A stretch of 60,477 bases of DNA from an uncultured virus (IMG/VR IMGVR_UViG_3300049830_000172) (IMGVR_UViG_3300049830_000172); one strand, 5' to 3'. Positions 45,049 to 54,418 are shown, counted from the first letter of the stretch. Numbers and translations: made by a program. Notes: a model not told the origin generated them from the sequence alone.

Positions 45049-45126
45049 GAGATAATTCGACAGGGTTTAGAAGTCCGAAGACGGCCCCGTCAAAAGCTAT
45101 ATATCCTCAAGCGATTAACTTGAGGA

Positions 45127-46289
45127 TTAATGTACACCAGCGAGATGTCGTTTTGTAATTTCATCTCGCAGCGCACAAACGATTGGTGGTGTTCCAATGA
45201 CACTCTGTAGGACAATGCACTCACGATGAGCAATATCTGTTTGCCCATTATCTAGACAAACATTGATGAAGTTTATCTTCATCTTGATTGATTTCATCGC
45301 AATATCGTTGTCTTCGGAGTCACTCCATTCGAACATAATGCTATCTTACCACACTTTAGACAGAAACTGTACTTTCCGCCAAAATAGCCCTAGTAATCAT
45401 AGGGCCAACTTCAACTTGAATGAGATTTTCACTCACCATGTAGTTGATGATGTCTTGAGAGACGGGCAATCCCTCTTCGTAGAGTCCGCATAAGCCATCG
45501 TCTTGCAGGCTCCATTGTTTACGTTTGGCAACGCCGTAGTACATGTACAGTACGCCGCCAGATTTCATCTTATTGATGATGTTGTCGATTCTTTCACTTA
45601 CTTTCATAATTCTTTATCCTTCTCAAATAATTATTTGAGGAATTTACGAGGCTTATCAATTTGTCACTTTCCAGCAACATTGCTCGAATTTGTAGATACT
45701 ACATCTATTATACACTATTCTTCATCTGCATCGAGAATCATTGAAGCGTCACCAGATACAAGAAGAATAGTCATTCCATCCTTTTCTCCGACGACAGTGT
45801 AATTAACATCCATAAGAAGAATGTTATCAACAAACTCTGTTGCGATGTGGTCAAGGAACTCTTCTAAATCTCTATTGATAGCGTCAGATAAATCAAGAAG
45901 AATATGACCAGAGACGTAACAATTGTCGTCAGCCTGCTCTTTGATTTCAGCAATGGTGAGTGGGGAAGTTAAGATTTTGATGTCCATGATGATATACTGA
46001 CATCAAAATCACTGTTGAGGAATTAACAGCGTATTGTTGGTTCCATTGCATAGAAGTCTTCATAACCAACCACGAAATACTCAATTGGCTTTACGAACAT
46101 TGTTTTCAAATCTTCGGTTGCATCTTGAAGTGAACCTGATGAACACTTGGTGGTGAGTTTCCAAAGAGCAAAATTCAATCCTTCTTTCTTTTCACGAGTA
46201 TAAATCCCATAGTATGGAGATAACTTCACTGTGTGATTATATATTGAAATCGGCAGTTCTGGTTTGCGCACGACGGTGATTGTAGTCAT
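45127..46289 (-). other. Hypothetical CDSs
   Basis: 45127-45336, 45356-45607, 45715-45987, 46023-46289. Confidence 0.72.
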
Positions 46290-46327
46290 TGTCTATGTAG
46301 TTAACTTTTGCGCAACTTTGAGGAAAA

Positions 46328-46414
46328 TGGAGGATAGTAGAGAGCACGATTCCCATGTCTTTCAACACCCAACGATTAGCAATCGCGGCTGCACACCTGT
46401 ACAGTTCACTATCC
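46328..46414 (-). tRNA. tRNA-Ser(GCU), non-canonical 8/4 fold
   Basis: GGATAGTG/TACTATCC-T-CCA; 6-bp D-stem CTGTAC-AGGT-GTGCAG; loop TTGCTAA; T-arm GGGA-ATCGTGC-TCTC. Confidence 0.75.
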
Positions 46415-46543
46415 ATTAAAAATCTTCCTCATATCAGCAGAAAGATTTGGTACAATACTTATGATGAAATCAAATTCGTTTAGCGAGTCCAGAATTATGG
46501 CATAGCACTAAGTCAAGGTGCTGTGCCTAATCAATGGACAGTT

Positions 46544-46912
46544 ATGAACAAATTCAATCGCGAACATCGACGCGCTCAACGAGAGCGAAAAATTCAACAC
46601 GCCTTCAACATCTATTGGAATACAATCTGCGATAATACTTGCGGACATGGATATAGAGATGATGTTTACGATTTCTGGAAATCACAACACGATTTAGTTC
46701 TTCTTGAAACAGAAGAAGCTCGGCGGCAACATCAAGACAATTATCGACAAGAAGTTTTAATTCTTGCTAAACGAGTCGCTAAACATTTATGCGTTTGTTC
46801 TTGCTGGGCATGTGGTAATAACGGATATAAGAAATACGAGAAGACTCGAAATAACCAAAGAGCAGCCGAACAAGATAAGTGGACTTGGACTCACCTCGAT
46901 TCCTTTGAATAA
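46544..46912 (+). CDS. Hypothetical protein, antisense within the tRNA array
   Basis: MNKFNREHRR...CSCWACGN; fills the gap between two tRNA-Ser genes. Confidence 0.7.
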   Translation: MNKFNREHRRAQRERKIQHAFNIYWNTICDNTCGHGYRDDVYDFWKSQHDLVLLETEEARRQHQDNYRQEVLILAKRVAKHLCVCSCWACGNNGYKKYEKTRNNQRAAEQDKWTWTHLDSFE

Positions 46913-46914
46913 AT

Positions 46915-47003
46915 TGGAGGAGAGGATGGGATTTGAACCCACAGGGCCTTTTACAACCGTGTCATCTTTCCAAGATGGTGCAATACCGTTATGCGACCTC
47001 TCC
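46915..47003 (-). tRNA. tRNA-Ser(GGA)
   Basis: GGAGAGG/CCTCTCC-T-CCA; loop TTGGAAA; long V-arm. Confidence 0.92.
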
Positions 47004-47765
47004 AATTGTGATAGGCTTATACCGTACCTCGATTTCATTGTCTTGCCTATCTCTGAAGACAGTGAATATTTTCTTATTTGGCCAAGGCATTTCAAATAAG
47101 GGGGAGCCATGCTGCTTTGTCAATTCTTTACAAAAAGCAACATACTCTTGTTCATTTCTAAATTCATGACTTGTTTTCTTTCCTTTAGGTAAGTAGATAG
47201 TCATAAATTCATTATACAATTCTGAGGAGAATACGGGAGTCGAACCCGAAGCCTTTCAGCCCGCGCTTGTTTTCGAAACAAGATGAGACACCAATCTCAC
47301 TATTCTCCAATTTTATAATTGCAATTGAATTACATTACAATTATGTATAGCCTAATTATAGGGGGTCAAATATCGGAATAAATTTCAGTTTTTTGAAAAT
47401 GATTAACAGGACGTTTCTAAGCCCTTTTCATTGAAGAGTAGTCTCAAACTCCGATGACGCACTAAATTCTTTTTAGGAGTGGTATATGTGGCGTAAACTA
47501 GGACGTAGCGACCAGAGACACCATACATATAATGAGTGTCTTTGTAGAAAACTTCTGGGGTGCCTGGTTCTTGTTCATAGCCAAGGTAATCAAACACGTC
47601 GTCGGCTGAAACGATGATATACTTTGTTCCTCGATGACGGTAGTCATATCGAGTAATTGGAGTGCCCACAATTAGCGGTTCGAGTTCTGTGAGTAACGAC
47701 GTGCGGATTTCTGCGTTCCGCACATCTAAGTCTTTGTATTTCTCGAAGATTTGTGCTGGCGACAT
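46989..47765 (-). other. Two hypothetical CDSs within the tRNA array
   Basis: 46989-47204 and 47403-47765. Confidence 0.65.
47225..47308 (-). tRNA. tRNA-Ser(CGA), non-canonical 8/4 fold
   Basis: GGAGAATA/TATTCTCC; CTTGT-TTCGAAA-ACAAG; T-arm CGGG-TTCGACT-CCCG; CCA not encoded. Confidence 0.8.
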
Positions 47766-47804
47766 AATGCCTTATCGAACCCCTCAGCATCAATTGAGGA
47801 AAAT

Positions 47805-47895
47805 TGGTACCCGCGAAGGGAATCGAACCCTAATAAGCCTCTAATCTGGAGGTAGTGAGTTATAAGCCCACCTATGTTCCATACATCACACGGGC
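47805..47895 (-). tRNA. tRNA-Ile(UAU) with long variable arm
   Basis: GCCCGTG/CGCGGGT-A-CCA; GTGGG-CTTATAA-CTCAC; V-arm CCTC-CAGATTA-GAGG. Confidence 0.8.
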
Positions 47896-47919
47896 GCGTT
47901 TAGCACCCGTTTCAGGATA

Positions 47920-48438
47920 CTACTTGTTTTGCTCTAGTCTGAGCAATTCTCGAACTCTATCGAGTTCATCGGTGGTGTGCATAACACCGCCAGCGTTTAA
48001 GTGCAAATACCATTCAAGCACTTCAGCTCTTGTTTGAAGATTATTGACGTGGACAATGAAGTCTGTCTCAGTGAGACGAAGATTATCGGTGAACTCTGAG
48101 AAAACGCTGCCGAAGACTTCAACTTCATCACGGAGGAAAGCTCTTGCTGCTTCGATTCGCTGTTTGCCATCGACAATCTCGAACTTACCTTTAAAGTCTG
48201 TCATCCACCCAGGGTGGTTAAAGTAGATAGCTCTACTGGATTTTCCACCCTTAAGAATGAACTCTACATAAGCTTGCTGCTTCTCTTTTGTCCAAACATG
48301 TCCGCGTTGAAAATCCGGGTCAAGGTCGCACTCAGGAATTCCTTCGAGGTGTCGCTCCAAATGGCTCCACGGTACATTAACAACATAGTTGCCGCCATGA
48401 ACAAATCGAGGGATGTCTTTGAACTTCGTGATTTTCAT
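47920..48438 (-). CDS. DUF262 (ParB/GmrS-like) domain protein
   Basis: LDPDFQRGHVW and IVDGKQR motifs. Confidence 0.85.
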   Translation of the reverse strand: MKITKFKDIPRFVHGGNYVVNVPWSHLERHLEGIPECDLDPDFQRGHVWTKEKQQAYVEFILKGGKSSRAIYFNHPGWMTDFKGKFEIVDGKQRIEAARAFLRDEVEVFGSVFSEFTDNLRLTETDFIVHVNNLQTRAEVLEWYLHLNAGGVMHTTDELDRVRELLRLEQNK

Positions 48439-48488
48439 ATCTCTATAGTATACCTGAGCAAATTGTTGAGGAAACTATGGGCCAGCAT

Positions 48489-48509
48489 GGAATCGAACCC
48501 TAATAAGCC
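48489..48509. repeat. 21-bp direct repeat of the tRNA-Ile 3' segment (47819-47839)
   Basis: ggaatcgaaccctaataagcc in both places. Confidence 0.85.
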
Positions 48510-48518
48510 GCTAAAATT

Positions 48519-48614
48519 TGGTACCCGTACTCAGACTCGAACTGAGAACCGCTCCCTAATCTGGGGAATATCTATGTTATAAGCATAGCGCTCTGCCAAT
48601 TGAGCTATACGGGC
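48519..48614 (-). tRNA. tRNA-Ile(UAU) with long variable arm
   Basis: GCCCGTA/TACGGGT-A-CCA; CTATG-CTTATAA-CATAG; V-arm TCCC-CAGATTA-GGGA. Confidence 0.88.
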
Positions 48615-48657
48615 ATTTATTAAAGGACTGTTAGGATTCGATGTATAAGATAATAGC

Positions 48658-49332
48658 ATGACAGAAAAACAAATTCAAATCATTAAAGACCTACAGACTT
48701 TTTCAGTAACTTATAACCGAACACCAACGAAATCAGATTTTTCAACCAAGACGACCATAGTGCGTCATTTTGGGACTTGGAATAATGCTTTACTTGCTGC
48801 GGGTCTATCGCCAAACATTACATTTGGTGAGACGCAAATATTTAATTGTAACAAATGTGGTATTACTATTCGAAGACAAGCCTCACAAATTAAAGGAGAA
48901 GTTTATTGTTCCCGTGCTTGTGCAGTTTCAATAAATAATCAAAAACGAACAACAATCAAATATAGAAGTCGTAAACCAAATAGTTTTTGTTCTTCTTGTA
49001 ATATCCAAATTAAAAGAGACCGCAAATGGTGTCCCGATTGTTCTCCTTTACGGAATGAAAGTATGCCAATATCGGATTTGTTTGATGATAAACGAGCTGC
49101 AAGTAAATATGCTAAAATTCGCCAGCGTGCTCGTTCAAAATATTTAGCAAATAGACCATATGAATGCATTATTTGCAAATACACATTGCATATTGAAGTT
49201 GCGCATATTCATTCAATAGCAAGCTTTCCCAAAGAAACGTTAGTCTCTGTTGTAAATGATTTATCCAATTTAGCTGGTTTATGTAAACGTTGCCATTGGG
49301 AATATGACAACGGATATATTCAACTTCAATAA
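48658..49332 (+). mobile_element. HNH homing endonuclease between tRNA genes
   Basis: N-terminal RTPT...RHFGTWNNALLAAGL repeat; CIIC...EVAHI...NDLSNLAGLCKRCH; stop abuts the tRNA CCA end. Confidence 0.85.
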
Positions 49333-49409
49333 TGGTGGTGCGTCTGGGTTTCGAACCCAGGCTCTCAACCTTATGAGGGTTTTGCTTTAGGCCTCTAAGC
49401 TAACGCACC
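49333..49409 (-). tRNA. tRNA with CAU anticodon (Ile2 or elongator Met)
   Basis: GGTGCGT/ACGCACC-A-CCA; loop CTCATAA; lacks initiator features. Confidence 0.9.
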
Positions 49410-49455
49410 ATGAGAGCCGAACCCAGGCCTGCCAAACTCCCTGGAGGTATGCCCA

Positions 49456-50401
49456 TTAAATATCTGTCACATTCTCGAAAGTTTGAATCGGCATATCATC
49501 GCTCATTCCATAATAGTGGAAATTGAACTGCTTTGATTCAGGATGCCATTCGAGAAAGCCGATGCATTGTCCGCCAACAAAGATTGAAGCGTCTGGATAA
49601 GCAGGGTCGCCACATGACCTAACTACGATATCTCCGCCTGGTGTACCAACTATCAGTTCGGGTGACTTTGAACGAGGGTTACGAATTGAAATCTTTCTAT
49701 CTGTTGCCATAAGACTATACTATTTCTGGTTCATCAGTTGAGGAATTAAACATATCCTCAACCCCAAAATGCTCTGACATCATTTTAATGACTTTTGGCG
49801 GAATGCTTTGTGAATCATGTACTTCAGCGGGCATAATGATTTTCAATAAGCCAGTGGAGTCAACGAGGATGTCACGGTGACTTCTTGTACCAGCTAAACT
49901 GCGTTTAGATGCTTCTTCTGTGCGACCAAATCCGAGCATAAGGGTTCGACCATCTTCAATCAAGAGATTACTCCAATATTCTTTTGCATCTGTTGGAGTT
50001 TCTTCTTCAACAAAGAATATATGCCAGAGTTGTTCAAGTATTTCAAACATGATGTTTAGTATACATCAAGCGTGAATATGAATGACTGGTTTCACCAAAC
50101 CTTCAATAGAGCCAAAGTCATCTTGTGTATATCGTTCAACTTTACCAAACTTATCAAAGAAAATCGTTCCACCTTGAACTTCCCAAATCCAAGCATTATC
50201 AAATAACGACCGCTTCATTGATTTTGGCGCAGTGCCCAAGAACTTCATTACTTCGTCAGTTGAACTTCCGATACTCCAACCAGTTGGCTCTGCTTGTCGA
50301 GTGCCAATCAATCGTTTTGGTTCTGATTGTAAATCAGGAGTGTCTTGATGAGGTTTGTCGGAGAGAAAATTCATCCATTGTATTAAAGATGCGAATACCA
50401 T
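49456..50401 (-). other. Three hypothetical CDSs
   Basis: 49456-49710, 49715-50050, 50066-50401. Confidence 0.7.
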
Positions 50402-50457
50402 GGTTTAATACTCGAATCTCAATTTACTTTGAGGAATTGCTGGCGAAGCATTTAAAC

Positions 50458-50531
50458 TGGAGCCCTATAAGAGACTTGAACTCTTCTCTGTAGTTTACAA
50501 AACTACTGCATCGCCTCAATGCTTAAAGGGC
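50458..50531 (-). tRNA. tRNA-Thr(UGU)
   Basis: GCCCT...AGGGC-T-CCA; GTAGT-TTTGTAA-ACTAC. Confidence 0.88.
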
Positions 50532-50688
50532 TTAAATATAAATGTAAATAGGGGAAGATTCAACAGCTATAGGGGCAATATGATGTCTTTCCATCAGTCA
50601 ATGTCTTTACACATCCCGTTTCCCAGATGCATCAGCCAGCACTTTTTAAGGTTACTGGACTAGTCGAAGAGACATTCCTTCCACAATG

Positions 50689-50886
50689 TTATTTGTCGCC
50701 GTTCAATTCTTTTTGCTGTTCTTTCGCGCCACCAGCAGTTCCAAGAACTGCTCGGTTTTCAGTAGCTTGAACTTTCACATGACTATCACGAGTCATGAAG
50801 TAACCACCGCCACCGCAAATTAAAATTATTACGATAATAGCGCCGATGATGAAGTAGTCATATTTTTTGATTTCGTTTGCTGACAT
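50689..50886 (-). CDS. Small single-TM protein
   Basis: FIIGAIIVIILICGGGGYF. Confidence 0.7.
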   Translation of the reverse strand: MSANEIKKYDYFIIGAIIVIILICGGGGYFMTRDSHVKVQATENRAVLGTAGGAKEQQKELNGDK

Positions 50887-50919
50887 AGTTCTATTATACC
50901 ATTTGATAAAGACTTGAGG

Positions 50920-50954
50920 AAAAAGCGCAAGCAGTTTTCTTCCTACTTGCGCTT
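50920..50954 (-). terminator. Putative intrinsic terminator
   Basis: AAGCGCAAGTAG...CTGCTTGCGCTTTTT. Confidence 0.65.
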
Positions 50955-50974
50955 ATATTTATGAGAGTTGAAGC

Positions 50975-51544
50975 TTACGCTGTAACAGTCTTACCAGCTT
51001 GCTTGTTGCCAGTGCCGAGGAACTCACCCCAGCCGTTCCAACCGCTGTTCAAGAACATGGTCTCGGGCTTTCGAGGAACTCCTGCTGGAAGCATATCCTT
51101 TCGCTTGAGGTCATAGAACTCTTCTCGATTCTTCAAGCCACATTCCTGGATTGCATTCTTTGCAATCTGATAAGGAGTGAGAATTTCAGTCTTTGGAGCT
51201 GATTTTGCTTTTGGAGCCTTGGGAATCTTTGGAGCATCCTTGACTGCATCAGTTTTTGGAGCCTTATCAACCTTAGGAGCCACTGCCTTCGGATTTCGCG
51301 CCTTTCGAGTCAACTTGCAACCAATAAAGAGATTGATGTTGAACTTCTCAGGAGGTGTCATCGCCTTCAATTCGTCTGCATAGACAGTCCACGGATTTGA
51401 CGGGATGTCTGCTGGGCGAACTCGGCCTTGAGCGTCTTTACCTTTTGCATATGCAATCCAATCCTGCATGGATGTGAGTGCGAGAGTGATGACGAATGCT
51501 TGTGCTTGCGCATAGTTGAGGAAGTTTTTTCGTTTGCCTGCCAT
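50975..51544 (-). CDS. Protein with two integrase-repeat-like units and a Lys/Ala/Pro linker
   Basis: YAQAQAFV..L.LTS..DW..RPADIPSNP and PAGVPRKPE...GWNGWGEFLG. Confidence 0.6.
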   Translation of the reverse strand: MAGKRKNFLNYAQAQAFVITLALTSMQDWIAYAKGKDAQGRVRPADIPSNPWTVYADELKAMTPPEKFNINLFIGCKLTRKARNPKAVAPKVDKAPKTDAVKDAPKIPKAPKAKSAPKTEILTPYQIAKNAIQECGLKNREEFYDLKRKDMLPAGVPRKPETMFLNSGWNGWGEFLGTGNKQAGKTVTA

Positions 51545-51670
51545 AATTTTCTATCTTTGTACTGAACATATTTGAGGAAATTCTACGTTAGTAGCTTTTC
51601 TTCGCTCAGTCATTGACTTCATACATGGTGGAATTTGCATCTTGAGGAATTTCTTAAATTCTATACTTAA

Positions 51671-51742
51671 AGCGAGGTACGAGATTCGAACTCGTCTCTT
51701 TAGTTTGGAAAACTAAGGCCCAATCCCCTAGACCAACCTCGC
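51671..51742 (-). tRNA. tRNA-Gly(UCC)
   Basis: GCGAGGT/ACCTCGC-T; TTAGT-TTTCCAA-ACTAA; CCA not encoded. Confidence 0.9.
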
Positions 51743-51800
51743 TTTAAATATCACTACACTAATCCCGCTCTGAATTATTTGTAAATAGGGAATATCAACG

Positions 51801-52148
51801 TTACATGAACCATCGTTGATATAGCCAACCGAAGAAAAGCATAAGAGCTGGGACAAGATATACTTTTCCAATGATTGTGAAGAGTATAGTAGTCCATGGC
51901 TTGCTTTCTGAGTTAGTCTCCCATTTCATGAGATACATTGTACAGTATTGAATAATCAACATCACGCCGAGCATGTTTCCGATTGTAACTACTGGTGCGC
52001 CCTGGATTGGCAGCAAGAACCAGTTGTATAGGTGAAGCAATACATATCCTGCCCACCAAGCTGAGAAAGGGATGGTAAGGAAGTATACAAGAAACACCAG
52101 ACATCCGCCGAGTGCATTATTTTTCTGTTCATCAGTAAGTTCTGACAT
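51801..52148 (-). CDS. Membrane protein, paralog of 52433-52768
   Basis: YNWFLLPIQGAP..IGNMLGV shared motif. Confidence 0.8.
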   Translation of the reverse strand: MSELTDEQKNNALGGCLVFLVYFLTIPFSAWWAGYVLLHLYNWFLLPIQGAPVVTIGNMLGVMLIIQYCTMYLMKWETNSESKPWTTILFTIIGKVYLVPALMLFFGWLYQRWFM

Positions 52149-52169
52149 ATAATCAGTATACCATGAAAT

Positions 52170-52245
52170 TGGAGCACCAGACGGGAATCGAACCCGTTAC
52201 CTATTCATTACCAATGAATTGTTCAACCGAATGAACTTCAGGTGC
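52170..52245 (-). tRNA. tRNA-Thr(GGU)
   Basis: GCACC.G/C.GGTGC-T-CCA; ATTCA-TTGGTAA-TGAAT. Confidence 0.9.
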
Positions 52246-52288
52246 TTACATTTGGGATTATTCCATCCCAATAGGCGAAGGTAGCATG

Positions 52289-52370
52289 TGGAGCGGGTGA
52301 GGAGAATCGAACTCCATACTACATGTTTGGAAAACACGCGATAAAACCATCTACCATAAGTTTCACCCGC
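52289..52370 (-). tRNA. tRNA-Gly(UCC), 8/4 fold with expanded D region
   Basis: GCGGGTGA/TCACCCGC-T-CCA; CGTGT-TTTCCAA-ACATG; T-arm GGAG-TTCGATT-CTCC. Confidence 0.75.
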
Positions 52371-52432
52371 AAATTGAAATAGGCTAGTGGATTCAGTCCA
52401 CTAGCCATGCCGTTGTCGATAATATTGAGTCT

Positions 52433-52768
52433 TTATCGCATGAAAATCATTTGGAAAATCCAACCGAAGAACAAACTTCCAAGTGGAACGATTATGATTT
52501 CACAGATTCCAAACAGGAAAATAGCCGCCCAGTTGTCTTTATATTTCTCCGAAGCGTCTTTTCGTTTCAATCCTGCCGTGAGAAGTGCGCAAATCAGTGC
52601 TACGCCAATCATGTTCCCAAGAACGAGATGCGGTGCGCCTTGCACTGGAAGTAAGAAGCGATTGTAGTTGACGAGAAGTGCGTAGGCATTAAGCCATACT
52701 GCTGGAAGCATTAGGATAACAAATATCCAACCTGCTAATGATGCTGCTTTGTCGTTTGTCGTAGACAT
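52433..52768 (-). CDS. Membrane protein, paralog of 51801-52148
   Basis: YNRFLLPVQGAP..LGNMIGV. Confidence 0.8.
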   Translation of the reverse strand: MSTTNDKAASLAGWIFVILMLPAVWLNAYALLVNYNRFLLPVQGAPHLVLGNMIGVALICALLTAGLKRKDASEKYKDNWAAIFLFGICEIIIVPLGSLFFGWIFQMIFMR

Positions 52769-52805
52769 GATTATATATTCATGACTTTTCTTATCTTGAG
52801 GAAAT

Positions 52806-52881
52806 TGGTCAGCACGACGGGATTTGAACCCGCAAACTCCGCATAGACAGTGCGGTGAGATAACCGTTACTCTACGTGCCG
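52806..52881 (-). tRNA. tRNA-Asp(GUC) with atypical C1-G72/A73 and U37
   Basis: CGGCACG/CGTGCTG-A-CCA; CCGCA-CTGTCTA-TGCGG. Confidence 0.82.
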
Positions 52882-52884
52882 ATG

Positions 52885-53139
52885 TTAGCCATGAAGAGGA
52901 AAATATTGTGACAATATCTTTCGTGCTTCTTTAGGTAGTTTCTTTGAAGCACCCATCATTGTTCTGGGTGACTTGGTGCCAAGTACATATGCATCGACTG
53001 GACACATATATCCATATGTAGCGATTTCATTTTCAGCAGTACAAACAAGAAATGTCATCATAGTGGCTTGTTTAATTTCTCGTCCGACTTCGTGCCAAAA
53101 CTCAGGTGTCTGAGCTTTTATTGCTTTTGCAACGTTCAT
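52885..53139 (-). CDS. Hypothetical protein
   Basis: 84-aa ORF after the promoter motif. Confidence 0.7.
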   Translation of the reverse strand: MNVAKAIKAQTPEFWHEVGREIKQATMMTFLVCTAENEIATYGYMCPVDAYVLGTKSPRTMMGASKKLPKEARKILSQYFPLHG

Positions 53140-53176
53140 ATGTATATAGAAGTTTTATTTACACACATGAGGAAAA

Positions 53177-53248
53177 TGGAGCCACCTGAATCGCTTTCAC
53201 ATTCCCTTTCGCCTTCAACGGCGACGTGCGATATTACACTAAGGTAGC
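53177..53248 (-). ncRNA. tRNA-like RNA, 6-nt loop GTTGAA
   Basis: GCTACCT/AGGTGGC-T-CCA; TCGCC-GTTGAA-GGCGA; non-TTC T-loop. Confidence 0.65.
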
Positions 53249-53263
53249 ATTTGTCTGTAAAAA

Positions 53264-53347
53264 TGGAGCCAGCTAGGGGAATCGAACCCCTGTTCTCTTT
53301 CGAGTCCGCATTACAAGTGCGGCGCAATTCCATTATGCGAAACTGGC
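53264..53347 (-). tRNA. tRNA-Thr(UGU) with long variable arm
   Basis: GCCAGTT/AGCTGGC-T-CCA; CCGCA-CTTGTAA-TGCGG; V-arm CTC-GAAA-GAG. Confidence 0.9.
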
Positions 53348-53364
53348 ATAAGAAGAAGAATCAG

Positions 53365-53449
53365 AGGAGAGCATGGGATTCGAACCCACAGAGCCTTTCA
53401 CAACCCAGTCGTTTTCAAAACGGTTTACCCCACCAATGGCGGACTCTCC
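53365..53449 (-). tRNA. tRNA-Ser(UGA), weak D/anticodon stems
   Basis: GGAGAGT/GCTCTCC-T; loop TTTGAAA; long V-arm; canonical T-arm. Confidence 0.72.
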
Positions 53450-53488
53450 ATTCATTCTTCTTTCTTCATATTAAAATTTGGCGACCTG

Positions 53489-53734
53489 TTATTCTAAATT
53501 TTCTTTAGAATATTTGATGATTTCTGTAGCAATGGACACTACTAAGTTAATAAAATCATCATAACTCAAAGTAATAACCTCAGTCTCGGGATAATGTGTT
53601 TTGGTATTAGCAAGTAAACCAATTCTAAACTCATTTTCAGAAGCCATAAGTCGTTCAATATTAGCTAATGTTCCAATTTAATATTGATTTTCCCCAGTGA
53701 TATATTTGATTGTTGATGTGATTAAACTATCCAT
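53489..53734 (-). pseudogene. AT-rich ORF interrupted by an in-frame TAA at codon 19
   Basis: MDSLITSTIKYITGENQY*IGTLANIERLMASENEF... in one frame; could instead be a short gene from the internal ATG. Confidence 0.4.
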
Positions 53735-53743
53735 AGAACATAT

Positions 53744-54181
53744 TTATACAACACTTAACAAGCCATCTTCTACTTCTCGATGGCAATTTGCACAAAGCAA
53801 TGTGCATTTGTCTAATTCTTCTTGAACCTCTTCCCAAGGTCGATAAGTTCCATCATGACTAATACCGAATTTCTTGGTAGATGGGTCGTTGTGATGAAAT
53901 TCTAAAGCACGAGCACAACGATTGTAATTGCATATTTGGCATTTACCGCCCTTATACTCAAGTGCTTTTTCCATAACACCTTTACGACGTTTTTTATGAT
54001 ATTCTCTCCATCGCTTTCTGTCACTTTCTTTTTGACTATCAACAGTTTCAAATTTAGATTTTCTTTCTTGTCTTGGAACACATTCAAAACAGTTCTTACG
54101 TGTTCTTCTAACTGTAAAAGTCGATTCGTCTGATTTGATTCGATAAGGAATCATTTTGCCGCATGTTATACAAGTGCTCAT
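53744..54181 (-). mobile_element. HNH endonuclease within the tRNA array
   Basis: KGGKCQIC...LEFHH...ELDKCTLLCANCH. Confidence 0.82.
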
Positions 54182-54243
54182 ATAAATATGTTATACATCT
54201 TCTCGCCGTAGACCTTTGAATAACACAACGAGATGAATAGATT

Positions 54244-54319
54244 TGGCGCGAATGACGGGTACCGACCCCGCTATCTCTTGCGTGACAGGCAAGAGGATTA
54301 ACCTTCTTCCTCCACTCGC
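54244..54319 (-). tRNA. tRNA-Asp(GUC)
   Basis: GCGAGTG/CATTCGC-G-CCA; CTTGC-CTGTCAC-GCAAG; atypical T-loop GTCGGTA. Confidence 0.85.
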
Positions 54320-54340
54320 GACAAATCATCTTGAAAAACT

Positions 54341-54417
54341 TGGCGGGCATGAAGGGATTCGAACCCTCATTCTTCTCGCAGACAACGAGTTGCTGTAAAC
54401 CGTTTAGCTACATGCCC
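54341..54417 (-). tRNA. tRNA-Asp(GUC) with U37/G38
   Basis: GGGCATG/CATGCCC-G-CCA; CTCG-TTGTCTG-CGAG. Confidence 0.88.
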
Positions 54418-54418
54418 A

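Noticed and set aside
46328..46414. tRNA-Sec (selC)
   Set aside because: The D-arm is Sec-like, but the anticodon is GCU, not UCA, and no sel genes are present.
50975..51544. Integrase
   Set aside because: Only short repeat-like units; no tyrosine- or serine-recombinase catalytic domain.
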